Below are positions 1 through 7,773 of a DNA stretch of 37,989 bases, piece after piece. The notes under the pieces were generated by a model that saw nothing but the letters and a program-made list of their open reading frames with translations, ran no database searches and had not been told where the DNA came from. How positions within the stretch are numbered: position 1 is the stretch's first letter; every line of letters begins with the position of its first letter. Both the position numbers and the translations under genes were made by a program. This DNA is from a virus (taxonomy: Duplodnaviria > Caudoviricetes). The stretch is taken from the IMG/VR virus record IMGVR_UViG_3300048849_000186, positions 1 to 37,989 of that record. One strand, written 5' to 3'.

Positions 1-1272
1 GTGGCACTAACCGACATGCAGGCGCGCAAAGCCGCAGCCGCTGAGAAGGACTACAAACTGGCTGATGGAAGTGGTTTGTACCTCTTCGTCACCACCAAAG
101 GCTTCAAATCCTGGCGCTTCAAATACCGATTCGGCGCCAAGGAGAAGGTGCTGACGTTCGGCGGGTACCCCGAGGTGTCGCTGAAGGAGGCACGTGAGCG
201 GCGGGACGAGGCTCGCGCCGAGCTGCGCAACAACCAGGATCCATCGATCGAGAAGCGTAAGCGCGCGATGCGAGCGTATGCATCTGCCGGCGCGACCTTC
301 GAGGTCGTGGCGAGGCGCTGGTACGAGGCGCAATGCCCCCGCTGGTCGCCTGTGCAGCGCAAGAAGGTCATCCAGGCCCTCGAACGCGATATCTTCCCTG
401 AGATCGGCTCTCTGCCGCTCCTGGACGTAGATGGGCCGATGATCCTGCGGATGCTCCGAAAGGTCGAGGCTCGGGGCGCGATCGACACCGCCAAGCGCCT
501 CCGCCAGCATGTGTCGGGTGTGTTCGGCTACGGGATGGCTGAAGGGCTCGTTACGGGCGATCCGTCCGTCGGGATCAAGAAGGCGTTGAAGCCGACGCCG
601 ACGGGTGGCAAGCAGCCAGCGTTGAAGGATCTCGTCGCAGCTCGTCAGCTGCTCGCCGATATGGAGGCGTCCACCTCGGGTCCAATGACCAAGCTCGCGT
701 CGAAGCTGCTGGCCCTGACAGCTGTTCGTCCGGGCATCCTGCGTGCGGTGCCCTGGAAGGAATTCGAGGGGATCGACTGGTCTGAGCCTGATGCGCCGGC
801 ACCGGAGGCCCTATGGCGCATTCCGGCGGCACGGATGAAGCTGGCGATGGAGAACAAGGCTGACGAGGCGTTCGAGCACGTCGTGCCGCTATCCTGGCAG
901 GCTGTGGAGGTACTGCACGAGGCCCGACGGCTAACCGGCCGCTTCCCCTATGTCTTCCACAGCGTGCGGTCGACGCGCCAGCCGATGAGCGAGAACACGC
1001 TGGGCTATATGTACTCGCGCAATGGCTACAGCGGCCGGCACGTGCCACATGGCTGGCGGTCGACCTTCTCGACAATCATGAACGAGCGCGCCGTCGAGCA
1101 GCGCCGGCCTGATGATCGTGCGATCATTGACGCTATGCTAGCGCACCGACCGAAGGGGGAGTCGGGGTCGGAGATGGCGTACAACCGCGCGGCTTACATG
1201 CCGAGGCGGCGGGAGATTGCGCAGGAGTGGGCGGACTTGCTGTCGCACAGAGAAACGTTTGTTCCTACCTAG
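1..1272 (+). CDS. int: Tyrosine recombinase/integrase, P4-like, with N-terminal arm-binding domain
   Basis: N-terminal 'YKLADGSGLYLFVTTKGFKSWRFKYRF..KEKVLTFGGYPEVSL'. Catalytic R (AVRPG), HGWR, H (LAH) and Y (MAYNRA). GTG start. Confidence 0.95.
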   Translation: MALTDMQARKAAAAEKDYKLADGSGLYLFVTTKGFKSWRFKYRFGAKEKVLTFGGYPEVSLKEARERRDEARAELRNNQDPSIEKRKRAMRAYASAGATFEVVARRWYEAQCPRWSPVQRKKVIQALERDIFPEIGSLPLLDVDGPMILRMLRKVEARGAIDTAKRLRQHVSGVFGYGMAEGLVTGDPSVGIKKALKPTPTGGKQPALKDLVAARQLLADMEASTSGPMTKLASKLLALTAVRPGILRAVPWKEFEGIDWSEPDAPAPEALWRIPAARMKLAMENKADEAFEHVVPLSWQAVEVLHEARRLTGRFPYVFHSVRSTRQPMSENTLGYMYSRNGYSGRHVPHGWRSTFSTIMNERAVEQRRPDDRAIIDAMLAHRPKGESGSEMAYNRAAYMPRRREIAQEWADLLSHRETFVPT

Positions 1273-1285
1273 GTCTTCTTGGTCT

Positions 1286-1777
1286 CTAAGCTGCTTCAGG
1301 CCTTTCATCATCGGCAGCCAAGCGCAGTTCGATATCAAAGCCGAGATCTGCTGGCAGTATTTCTACCTGCTGATCTTCAGGCCTCGTCTCGTTCCAATGA
1401 GCCTGATCCAAAAACAGCTGATACATGTCGCCCACAGACTGTTCGCGGCGGGTGACGCAAGCTTTTCGAAAGCTTTGAGGTTTCGTTCTCGGGTTATCGA
1501 TATCAATATAGGAGAAGACAAGTTGTCCGTCTGCGGTGTGGCCGGGAACCGCGTGATATCCGCGGTACGGCCGCCCCGTCTTTCGGTCGTGTCGAACGTC
1601 CTGCCGAGCTGCATCCTTAAACTGTTTGGCAAGGCGTTCACGAGGCGAGACGGGTGGCGGAGCGTCCCAGCCCATGCGTAGAGCAAGGTCTGCAACCTCG
1701 TTCAGGTCAATCTCGTCTTTGCCGGTAGTTTCTTGCCAAAACCGGATAAACTTCTGCCGTTCAGCTGCTTTAGACAT
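1286..1777 (-). CDS. Hypothetical protein, partner of the HigA-IrrE gene
   Basis: 163 aa with globular-looking composition, starts 6 nt after the stop of 1784..2926 on the same strand, in a visibly AT-richer block. Confidence 0.75.
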   Translation of the reverse strand: MSKAAERQKFIRFWQETTGKDEIDLNEVADLALRMGWDAPPPVSPRERLAKQFKDAARQDVRHDRKTGRPYRGYHAVPGHTADGQLVFSYIDIDNPRTKPQSFRKACVTRREQSVGDMYQLFLDQAHWNETRPEDQQVEILPADLGFDIELRLAADDERPEAA

Positions 1778-1783
1778 ATTGAG

Positions 1784-2926
1784 CTACTCCCCTATCGGAT
1801 AAATATCGCCCCATCCATCGACTGCAGCGCCAGCCCTGACGTGGGTACGTACGTTTGCGAGATGTTGACGGAACCGATCGTATCGCCCTGTACGATGCTG
1901 GAGCTGTCCAGCAACGATGCCAGGATGTACACCAAGCAATTTCGCAAATGCCGTCAAATCCCGTTCTGAAAAAAACGGAGACTTGCGCGTAACGAAGCTG
2001 TCCATTTTACCGGAGGGAACACAAAATTCCTGAGCTGCCTTGTTAGCTAGGCGTTCTTCTTCTGGTACGCCCGGACCAACACCACCTCGTTCGCCTTCGA
2101 GGTCGTCCAGTATCATGGCTAATTTGCCGTGGCCGAGTCGCACATGCTCTAGTTCATGCCGTAGAACGAACCAAAAATTGTCTATCCTGTCATGACGCAT
2201 CGACAGGCCGACGACCGGAGATTTGTCATCGAGCCAGAAACAAACGCCATCAATTTTCGCAGACGGCAGGGCCTCCACTATGACAAACCTAATGCCGCAC
2301 TCCGCCAATACGCGGGGAACGTTGCGAGTTTCTTCTGGTGCGACTGTAAGTTGGTGAAGCTTAATTAAGGCTCGATCGAGCAACGCGTTGCTAAACGTAG
2401 GCACGATCAATTCATCGGCAATCGAACGTACTCGGTTAAGCCACGCAATTTGCGTGGGCGTAGCATCCCGATTCACCTCGGTTTTTCGCGCAGCGTGAGG
2501 CATAACCTCTATCTGCTCAACGGCTTCCACGCCGAAAAACTTTGTAAGCCCCCTTTCAACGGCATCAATGTCTCGAACGTCGCCAGCATCAATCCAGCCC
2601 CGCTTAATCATCGCCGCAATTGGCAATGACCCGAACAACTGTGCTCTTGTGCGTCTGCTGGGATCCGGACGTTGTGCAAAGCGTGCCTTTGCTAGGTCAA
2701 AGCCTCTTTGCAGTTCAAGGAAACGCTCGGCCGGGGCCTCAAGAACCTCTTCAAGGGAAATGGCAATGTTGGCGTTCACCGCTTGTTTGTCGGAAATCCA
2801 CCGATTGACGGTTGCTTCGTCTACGCCAAGCACAACCGCAAGTGTGCGCTTGTTCCAACCACGTTCATCCAGCAGCGCTTCGATCAGCTGACCGGGTGTA
2901 CGAATCTCAGGTGAGTTAATGTCCAT
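1784..2926 (-). CDS. HigA-like XRE HTH fused to an ImmA/IrrE (M78) zinc metallopeptidase
   Basis: N-terminal 'TPGQLIEALLDERGWNKRTLAVVLGVDEATVNRWI' HTH. C-terminal 'DGVCFW..RHDRIDNFWFVLRHELEH' (HExxH) and 'EERLANKAA'. Confidence 0.9.
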   Translation of the reverse strand: MDINSPEIRTPGQLIEALLDERGWNKRTLAVVLGVDEATVNRWISDKQAVNANIAISLEEVLEAPAERFLELQRGFDLAKARFAQRPDPSRRTRAQLFGSLPIAAMIKRGWIDAGDVRDIDAVERGLTKFFGVEAVEQIEVMPHAARKTEVNRDATPTQIAWLNRVRSIADELIVPTFSNALLDRALIKLHQLTVAPEETRNVPRVLAECGIRFVIVEALPSAKIDGVCFWLDDKSPVVGLSMRHDRIDNFWFVLRHELEHVRLGHGKLAMILDDLEGERGGVGPGVPEEERLANKAAQEFCVPSGKMDSFVTRKSPFFSERDLTAFAKLLGVHPGIVAGQLQHRTGRYDRFRQHLANVRTHVRAGAAVDGWGDIYPIGE

Positions 2927-2999
2927 GGCGCGCCCATAGCGATACGCGAGTCCTACTCAACTGGCAATCTCTAACTTGCGCAATTTCTCAAGTTGGCAC

Positions 3000-3203
3000 C
3001 TAAGCCGCCGCTCGCCATTCCATCGGCGCTGCAATCCACTGCTCCAGTTCCGTCTCCCGCCAGGCCACTGCGTTGGTGCTGAGCTTGATCGCGAGCGGAA
3101 ACTCGCCCGCCTCCATCTTTCGGTAGATCGACGTACGCGACAGCCCGGTACGATCCTTTACCTCCGGCAGCCGGACAAGACGGTTACGCTGCTCCCCAGT
3201 CAT
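3000..3203 (-). CDS. AlpA-family regulator / probable excisionase
   Basis: 'LVRLPEVKDRTGLSRTSIYRKMEAGEFPLAIKLSTNAVAWRETELEQWI'. Start ATG 3203 overlaps the upstream stop (ATGA). Confidence 0.92.
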   Translation of the reverse strand: MTGEQRNRLVRLPEVKDRTGLSRTSIYRKMEAGEFPLAIKLSTNAVAWRETELEQWIAAPMEWRAAA

Positions 3204-3586
3204 CGACACTCTCCCATCTTGTAGCGGCGCCAGTAGCTGTCCCATCGAACGGCGGCGCCGGCCGCGATCGTGGCGCAGGAAAGACTACGACCGTCGGGTA
3301 AGGTGCAACGTGCGACCACCCTCTTGTAGCTTGTGCCCATGGCCTGACAGACGAGCCGCTGATTCAGCGTTAGGCGGCTGACGATCTGCTGGCTGCGGCG
3401 AGCTGCTACGTCGTCACACGTGTACGTTGCGCGCCAAGCGGCAGGACGACGGCAAGGCTCAGCGTGTTCGAAGTCGGGCGCCTGGATGCCAGCAACGCGT
3501 ACCTTTTCGCCCGATCGACACCACAGCGGGCCGTCGCCATCGTGGACCTTCACCACCTCGCAGACGAACGGGGGCAGGGGCGTCAT
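3200..3586 (-). CDS. Thermonuclease (SNase-like) family protein
   Basis: 'VVKVHDGDG...KVRVAGIQAPD...SYKRVVARC...SLSCATIAAGAA'. Start at 3586 by ATGA coupling. Confidence 0.85.
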   Translation of the reverse strand: MTPLPPFVCEVVKVHDGDGPLWCRSGEKVRVAGIQAPDFEHAEPCRRPAAWRATYTCDDVAARRSQQIVSRLTLNQRLVCQAMGTSYKRVVARCTLPDGRSLSCATIAAGAAVRWDSYWRRYKMGECR

Positions 3587-3870
3587 GCAGCAATCCTCGT
3601 GGAGGTTGGAAACGGGATAACTGTCTCGCCACCGTCGGGCCCGTTGCTGCCGATCCCCTGCCATTCGCCGCAGCAACGCGTCTCGTGCGTTACCGGGAAC
3701 ATGGACACGGGGAAGGTGCCGTAGCCCTGAATGACAACCGGCGCGTGTGCCTGACACGTTCCGGTATCCGCGGCCGCTGACGGATCACGCGTGGCTTTTG
3801 ACAGCTGGGGGCCCTGACGCTCCCACCAGGTGCAGGAGCCGCAGTTACGACCTACGCATCCCATCAGCAT
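3583..3870 (-). CDS. Small Cys-rich protein (CxxC...C...C), paralog of 3864..4076
   Basis: 'NCGSCTWW..GTCQAHAP..MFPVT..CCGEW'. Overlaps both neighbours in the operon. Confidence 0.7.
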   Translation of the reverse strand: MLMGCVGRNCGSCTWWERQGPQLSKATRDPSAAADTGTCQAHAPVVIQGYGTFPVSMFPVTHETRCCGEWQGIGSNGPDGGETVIPFPTSTRIAA

Positions 3871-4076
3871 AGCGGCATCCTGTCCTCGAATTCACCGCAA
3901 GCGTTCTCGCGGTGCACGTTGGGGAAGATCGAGGTGAGGAAGGCGTCGCCGCGCTTCGTCATCTGAGGCGGGTAGCGACGGCAGACGCCGACAGCGCTGA
4001 GGTCTTCCTTCATCGGCTGGATGGTGGCGTCAGACGCGGCCTTGGCGCTGAAGTGCGTGCAGCGGGCGCAGGTCAT
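3864..4076 (-). CDS. Small Cys-rich protein (CxxC...C...C), paralog of 3583..3870
   Basis: 'TCARCTHF..GVCRRYPP..IFPNV..ACGEF'. ATGA-coupled start at 4076. Confidence 0.75.
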   Translation of the reverse strand: MTCARCTHFSAKAASDATIQPMKEDLSAVGVCRRYPPQMTKRGDAFLTSIFPNVHRENACGEFEDRMPLC

Positions 4077-4573
4077 GCCTGCACCTCGCGCGGCTGCTTG
4101 GCGTCCCATTCCCGGCGAGCCAACGCCATCGCTTCCTCGAGACTATCGATCCGATCGCAGTGCGGCCCGGCATCAAGCGTCCCGTCCGGCATGCGGATGT
4201 ACACGGGGTCCCAGAACGGTAGGCCTGCGTCGACGCCATCACGAGTGACAGGCCGCATTTCGCCGTCCCAGCACAGAGCCCAAGCCAGGATCTGCTCGCT
4301 CATGGTCCAGGCGCCTTCGCCATCGCAGCCGAACCGAATGATGGAATATGTCGGATCGACAGGCATGAGCTGCATCGGCCGGCGCATGAGGCTCTGCCAC
4401 ATCGTCTCAGACAGATAGACGCTGTCGAGGTTGCCTCGTCGACGTACCACCCACCATTCGCCAGTTACGCCCTTGCGCGGAGCGCACGTGCTGATCGACT
4501 CGATGTCTGCGAGCGGGAACTGGCCCGTCGTATACCCACCGACCTGATCGGCCGCTTCAAACAGGCCGTTCAT
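4073..4573 (-). CDS. Hypothetical protein, 166 aa, paralog of 4570..5070
   Basis: ATGA-coupled at both ends and shares motifs with the upstream gene. Confidence 0.8.
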   Translation of the reverse strand: MNGLFEAADQVGGYTTGQFPLADIESISTCAPRKGVTGEWWVVRRRGNLDSVYLSETMWQSLMRRPMQLMPVDPTYSIIRFGCDGEGAWTMSEQILAWALCWDGEMRPVTRDGVDAGLPFWDPVYIRMPDGTLDAGPHCDRIDSLEEAMALARREWDAKQPREVQA

Positions 4574-5070
4574 GCCTCCTGCTCCGCGAGCGTACGCGCT
4601 TCAGCCCGCACCCGATGCTGGTCGACTTCGTACGCAACGTAGGCGTCCAGATTATCGAAGCGGATGACGTCGAGGTACTCGCCGACTGAATGCACGGAGC
4701 CGTCGGGCATCAGGACATAGCCCTGGCCTTCCTTCCACATGTGGCCGTCGTCGACGCCAGCGGGAGTGACGATGCGAACCGAACCATCAAAGCACCGCGC
4801 CCATGCGATAACCGGCGACCGGTTCACATAGGTCTCGTCGCCGTCGACATCGACCATCAACGCCTCTATACCCGGGTTTGCAGGGACGAGCTGCAGCGGT
4901 GTCGATGCGATCCGCGTGTAAGCGAACCCGCTGAGCTCCCCGCTTCCGCCGCCATCCATGAATATGCGGTACTGAGGCTGGCCGTGCTTATCGGTGCCCG
5001 TGTGCGCGATCCTCTCGATCTTGGAGAGCGGCACCGAGTTTTGCCAATCCATGTCGAACATGCCGATCAT
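4570..5070 (-). CDS. Hypothetical protein, 166 aa, paralog of 4073..4573
   Basis: GGAGGT RBS before ATG 5070. Motif 'VIAWARCFDGSVRIVTPAGVDDG'. Confidence 0.8.
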   Translation of the reverse strand: MIGMFDMDWQNSVPLSKIERIAHTGTDKHGQPQYRIFMDGGGSGELSGFAYTRIASTPLQLVPANPGIEALMVDVDGDETYVNRSPVIAWARCFDGSVRIVTPAGVDDGHMWKEGQGYVLMPDGSVHSVGEYLDVIRFDNLDAYVAYEVDQHRVRAEARTLAEQEA

Positions 5071-5378
5071 GCGAACCTCCGGTAGCTGGAATGGTTTACC
5101 GCGCGTTGAGGCTGTCCCGATCCGCACAGGAGAGTGACATGGCCGACGAGAACACGAGCAGCGCGAGCAATTCCAAGGACATCGCCGACAAGTCGGTCGA
5201 AGCCGGTATTGCGGATGAGGGCGCTGCGTACGAGCAGGCCATCAGCAAGACTGATACCCATGACGCCCCGCCGTCGCTCGACGAAGGTGATCCGAAGACT
5301 ACCAACGACGGCAGCGGTACCAGCGAAACCGACTGACCTATGGCGGCGGTGGGCGATCGTCGTGCCACCGCCGATCAT
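5067..5378 (-). other. Putative translational bridge ORF (103 codons) spanning an antisense gene
   Basis: ATG 5378 overlaps the stop of 5375..6844 (ATGA). TGA at 5067 overlaps ATG 5070 (ATGA). The product does not look like a folded protein. Confidence 0.5.
5139..5336 (+). CDS. Small acidic, probably disordered protein (antisense moron)
   Basis: AGGAGA RBS at 5128-5133 before ATG 5139. 65 aa, rich in D/E/S/T. Confidence 0.65.
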   Translation: MADENTSSASNSKDIADKSVEAGIADEGAAYEQAISKTDTHDAPPSLDEGDPKTTNDGSGTSETD

Positions 5379-6844
5379 GCGCCCTGCTCCGCTAGGTTGA
5401 CGCCGCTGATCCGGGCGAGATCCTCGATACAAGCCCACAGGACCTGGTCGTTGGCATCGGCGACCTTCAGGCCGGCGCGGAAGTCCGCATGCTGCGGATT
5501 TGTCACGGCATGCTCTGCGAAGGCGTCCTGGCTGATGTGGGGGTAAAGGGTTCGAAGCTTCGCGATGACGCCCTCGACGGTCATCGCTGCCGTGCCGAAC
5601 AGCACCGCTTCAGCTTCGACGACGATGGCGTTCGATTGCTCCTCGATCTCGTCAGTCGCCGCAGGGCGATCATCCGACAGCCAGTATGCCGCCTCGGCAG
5701 CGCGCCGATGGAAGGCGGTCCGCAGTGCGGCATCAGGCTGAAGGAAGGCGCCATGGCCGCCGAAACGGCGAGCATCGCTAGTGATGCGCTCGACGACGTC
5801 CCGGACGTTGTTCAACTCCCAACCGCTCTGTTGGTCGAAGACGCTCAGCTTGATCGCCAATTCTGCCGGGCTCGGTGCCGGGATGCTGTACAAGGCCCCG
5901 ATGGCAAGCTGTTGATGATCGAGCAGTTCGTCGAACCTATCCTGAGCCTCATCAACCTTCGCCTCGGCGTCGGCCAAAGCAGCGTCGAACTCAGCTTCGC
6001 CGGTCCGCTTTGAGCGCTGATTGGTGAGAGCTAGGTAGTGCTCGTTCGCCGGTGTGTACGACTCCCGATCGTGAGCCTTGAACTCAGCCGTTGCCGCCTC
6101 GTAAATGGCATATGCCTTTTGCCACGCGATTAGCGGCCCGCGCATGTAAGGCGCGTAGCCGTCCAGCACATCCGGCAGGCGCGGCTGAGCGGGAGCGGTC
6201 TCGCTCAACTCGCCGCGAGCTGCGCTGAACGCACTGGTAATGATGGCGCCAATTGGCAGCGACAGGGAAAAGGCCGGTTCGCCCGACCCGGTCCAGGCGA
6301 GTTTCCCCAATTCCTCCAGGCAGGCAATTACCGGCGACTGCATTGGCAGGTCGCGCGCGAGGCTCTCGATTAGGTCGGGAGCGATGTTGCCCATCGCCTT
6401 GTCCGCCAGCGAGAGGGCTGAGAATGCCGCGCAGTCGGCCGCCTCATTCGCGGCGAGGTACATCTTCAGCGCCATGTCGTGCTGGTTGGCAGGGGTGATT
6501 GCGGTGACTGCCGAAAGGGCATTCGACGTAAGCTTGCAACGGCGGGTGCCTTCCTCGTCACCCTGGTGATCGGTGCTGAAGTGCGATGCGACCTCACCCC
6601 AGCGCAGGAAGGCGGCGTACATGGCTGGCGACAACAGCTCACGGCCGGCGGCGATCAGTTCTTCGGTGAGTCCGGCGATGGCCAGCTCTTCCAACGTGCT
6701 CTCGCGCTTGGCGGCAGGTTCGGCTGCCATCCCGCGATGGACGGCGATCGTTGCATCACCCGCGATGTAGGCGATGCGGATGTTTGGATTCGGCGCTGCA
6801 TGTCGCAGCGGCATGTACGGGGCAAAGGTCGGCTGGCTGGCCAT
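5375..6844 (-). CDS. Phage early protein with three internal helical repeats
   Basis: 489 aa, GGGAG RBS. Repeats 'AITPANQHDMALKMYL', 'SIPAPSPAELAIKLSV', 'GTAAMTVEGVIAKLRT'. Confidence 0.8.
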   Translation of the reverse strand: MASQPTFAPYMPLRHAAPNPNIRIAYIAGDATIAVHRGMAAEPAAKRESTLEELAIAGLTEELIAAGRELLSPAMYAAFLRWGEVASHFSTDHQGDEEGTRRCKLTSNALSAVTAITPANQHDMALKMYLAANEAADCAAFSALSLADKAMGNIAPDLIESLARDLPMQSPVIACLEELGKLAWTGSGEPAFSLSLPIGAIITSAFSAARGELSETAPAQPRLPDVLDGYAPYMRGPLIAWQKAYAIYEAATAEFKAHDRESYTPANEHYLALTNQRSKRTGEAEFDAALADAEAKVDEAQDRFDELLDHQQLAIGALYSIPAPSPAELAIKLSVFDQQSGWELNNVRDVVERITSDARRFGGHGAFLQPDAALRTAFHRRAAEAAYWLSDDRPAATDEIEEQSNAIVVEAEAVLFGTAAMTVEGVIAKLRTLYPHISQDAFAEHAVTNPQHADFRAGLKVADANDQVLWACIEDLARISGVNLAEQGA

Positions 6845-6953
6845 GTGCTGTCTCCCACGGGTGGCGCAGGAGTGCGACAGAGGCTTCCGAGGAGAGCGTG
6901 CTTTACTGGCCTGCGATCAGTTTCGAGGCCAAAAGGCGATCGGCTGATGCAAG

Positions 6954-7007
6954 CCTGGTACGCTTAAAGCGTACGGCAGTCAAAACATTTGTACGTTAGC
7001 GGCCTAC
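6954..7007 (-). promoter_or_regulatory. Leftward early promoter (PL-like) with operator(s)
   Basis: Minus strand TTGACT(6983-6978)-17 nt-TACCAG. Palindrome GTACGC-N5-GCGTAC at 6958-6974 fills the spacer. Degenerate copy GTACGT-N5-GCCTAC at 6991-7007. Confidence 0.75.
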
Positions 7008-7727
7008 AAGCGCTTCTCCAGCCGAGACCAAGCGGTGCATTTTGTATGAGGGTCTGGACGGCAATGAAAAGCTCCGCACACCGTCAAGAGACCGAAGGTA
7101 TATTTCGGACGAAGTCCGCCGCTCGACCGTTGCTAGAGTGACGACGATAACACCATCTTTGCTGGTTTCGTCGTCAGTAAGGTATAGACATACGTCGTCA
7201 CCCAATTTTGCGGGATGAAAGTTGTCTATAATGACATGCTCTCCAGTTCGATACCTCGGTTCGAAGTCTGGGCCTGTCAGTAGCAGCCCGTAAAAGGCCT
7301 TCTGCTCGATAAGTGCGGGCGGATGCCACGCATATGCTACGGGCGTATCAAGCTCGATGAGTACCAACGGAACTTCCTCCGGTATCCCAAGTTCCGGCAT
7401 GTAAGGCATTCGTTCACTGGCTAGATAAATAGCTACGTCTCTGATGATATTGGATTTAACGTCAGCCCCGACCTTGCGCGAAGCGCCCGGCTCGTTGGCC
7501 GCTAAGTCCATGATCTCGTCTGCGTCAATAGGAGGTCGACCGTGTCCGACCATGGCCTTCGCCAAGCGTCGGGCAACAGACACATCTAGAAATTCAGGAT
7601 CGTACTCAGCGGTAAAAAACTTCTGTACAGAGGAGCGTCCGCGATAATCAGCGTTTCGAGCTACGTCTTCAAGCGTAAGCCCGCTCCGCTCCCGGAGTGC
7701 TACAAGCGTTTCACCAATCGTCGGCAT
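6996..7727 (-). CDS. CI-like repressor: XRE HTH plus degenerate S24-like C-terminal domain
   Basis: 'IGETLVALRERSGLTLEDVARNADYRGRSSVQKF' HTH. C-terminal 'FYGLLLTGPDFEPRYRTGEHVIID..AKLGDDV'. Divergent from a Cro-like gene. Confidence 0.85.
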   Translation of the reverse strand: MPTIGETLVALRERSGLTLEDVARNADYRGRSSVQKFFTAEYDPEFLDVSVARRLAKAMVGHGRPPIDADEIMDLAANEPGASRKVGADVKSNIIRDVAIYLASERMPYMPELGIPEEVPLVLIELDTPVAYAWHPPALIEQKAFYGLLLTGPDFEPRYRTGEHVIIDNFHPAKLGDDVCLYLTDDETSKDGVIVVTLATVERRTSSEIYLRSLDGVRSFSLPSRPSYKMHRLVSAGEALVGR

Positions 7728-7738
7728 TTAGACCCCGC

Positions 7739-7768
7739 TTGCTAGCTGTACGCTAATGGCGTACACGG
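7739..7768 (+). promoter_or_regulatory. Rightward early promoter (PR-like) with operator
   Basis: TTGCTA(7739-7744)-17 nt-TACACG(7762-7767). Palindrome TGTACGC-N5-GCGTACA at 7747-7765, with the same core as 6958-6974. Confidence 0.75.
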
Positions 7769-7773
7769 TTGTT

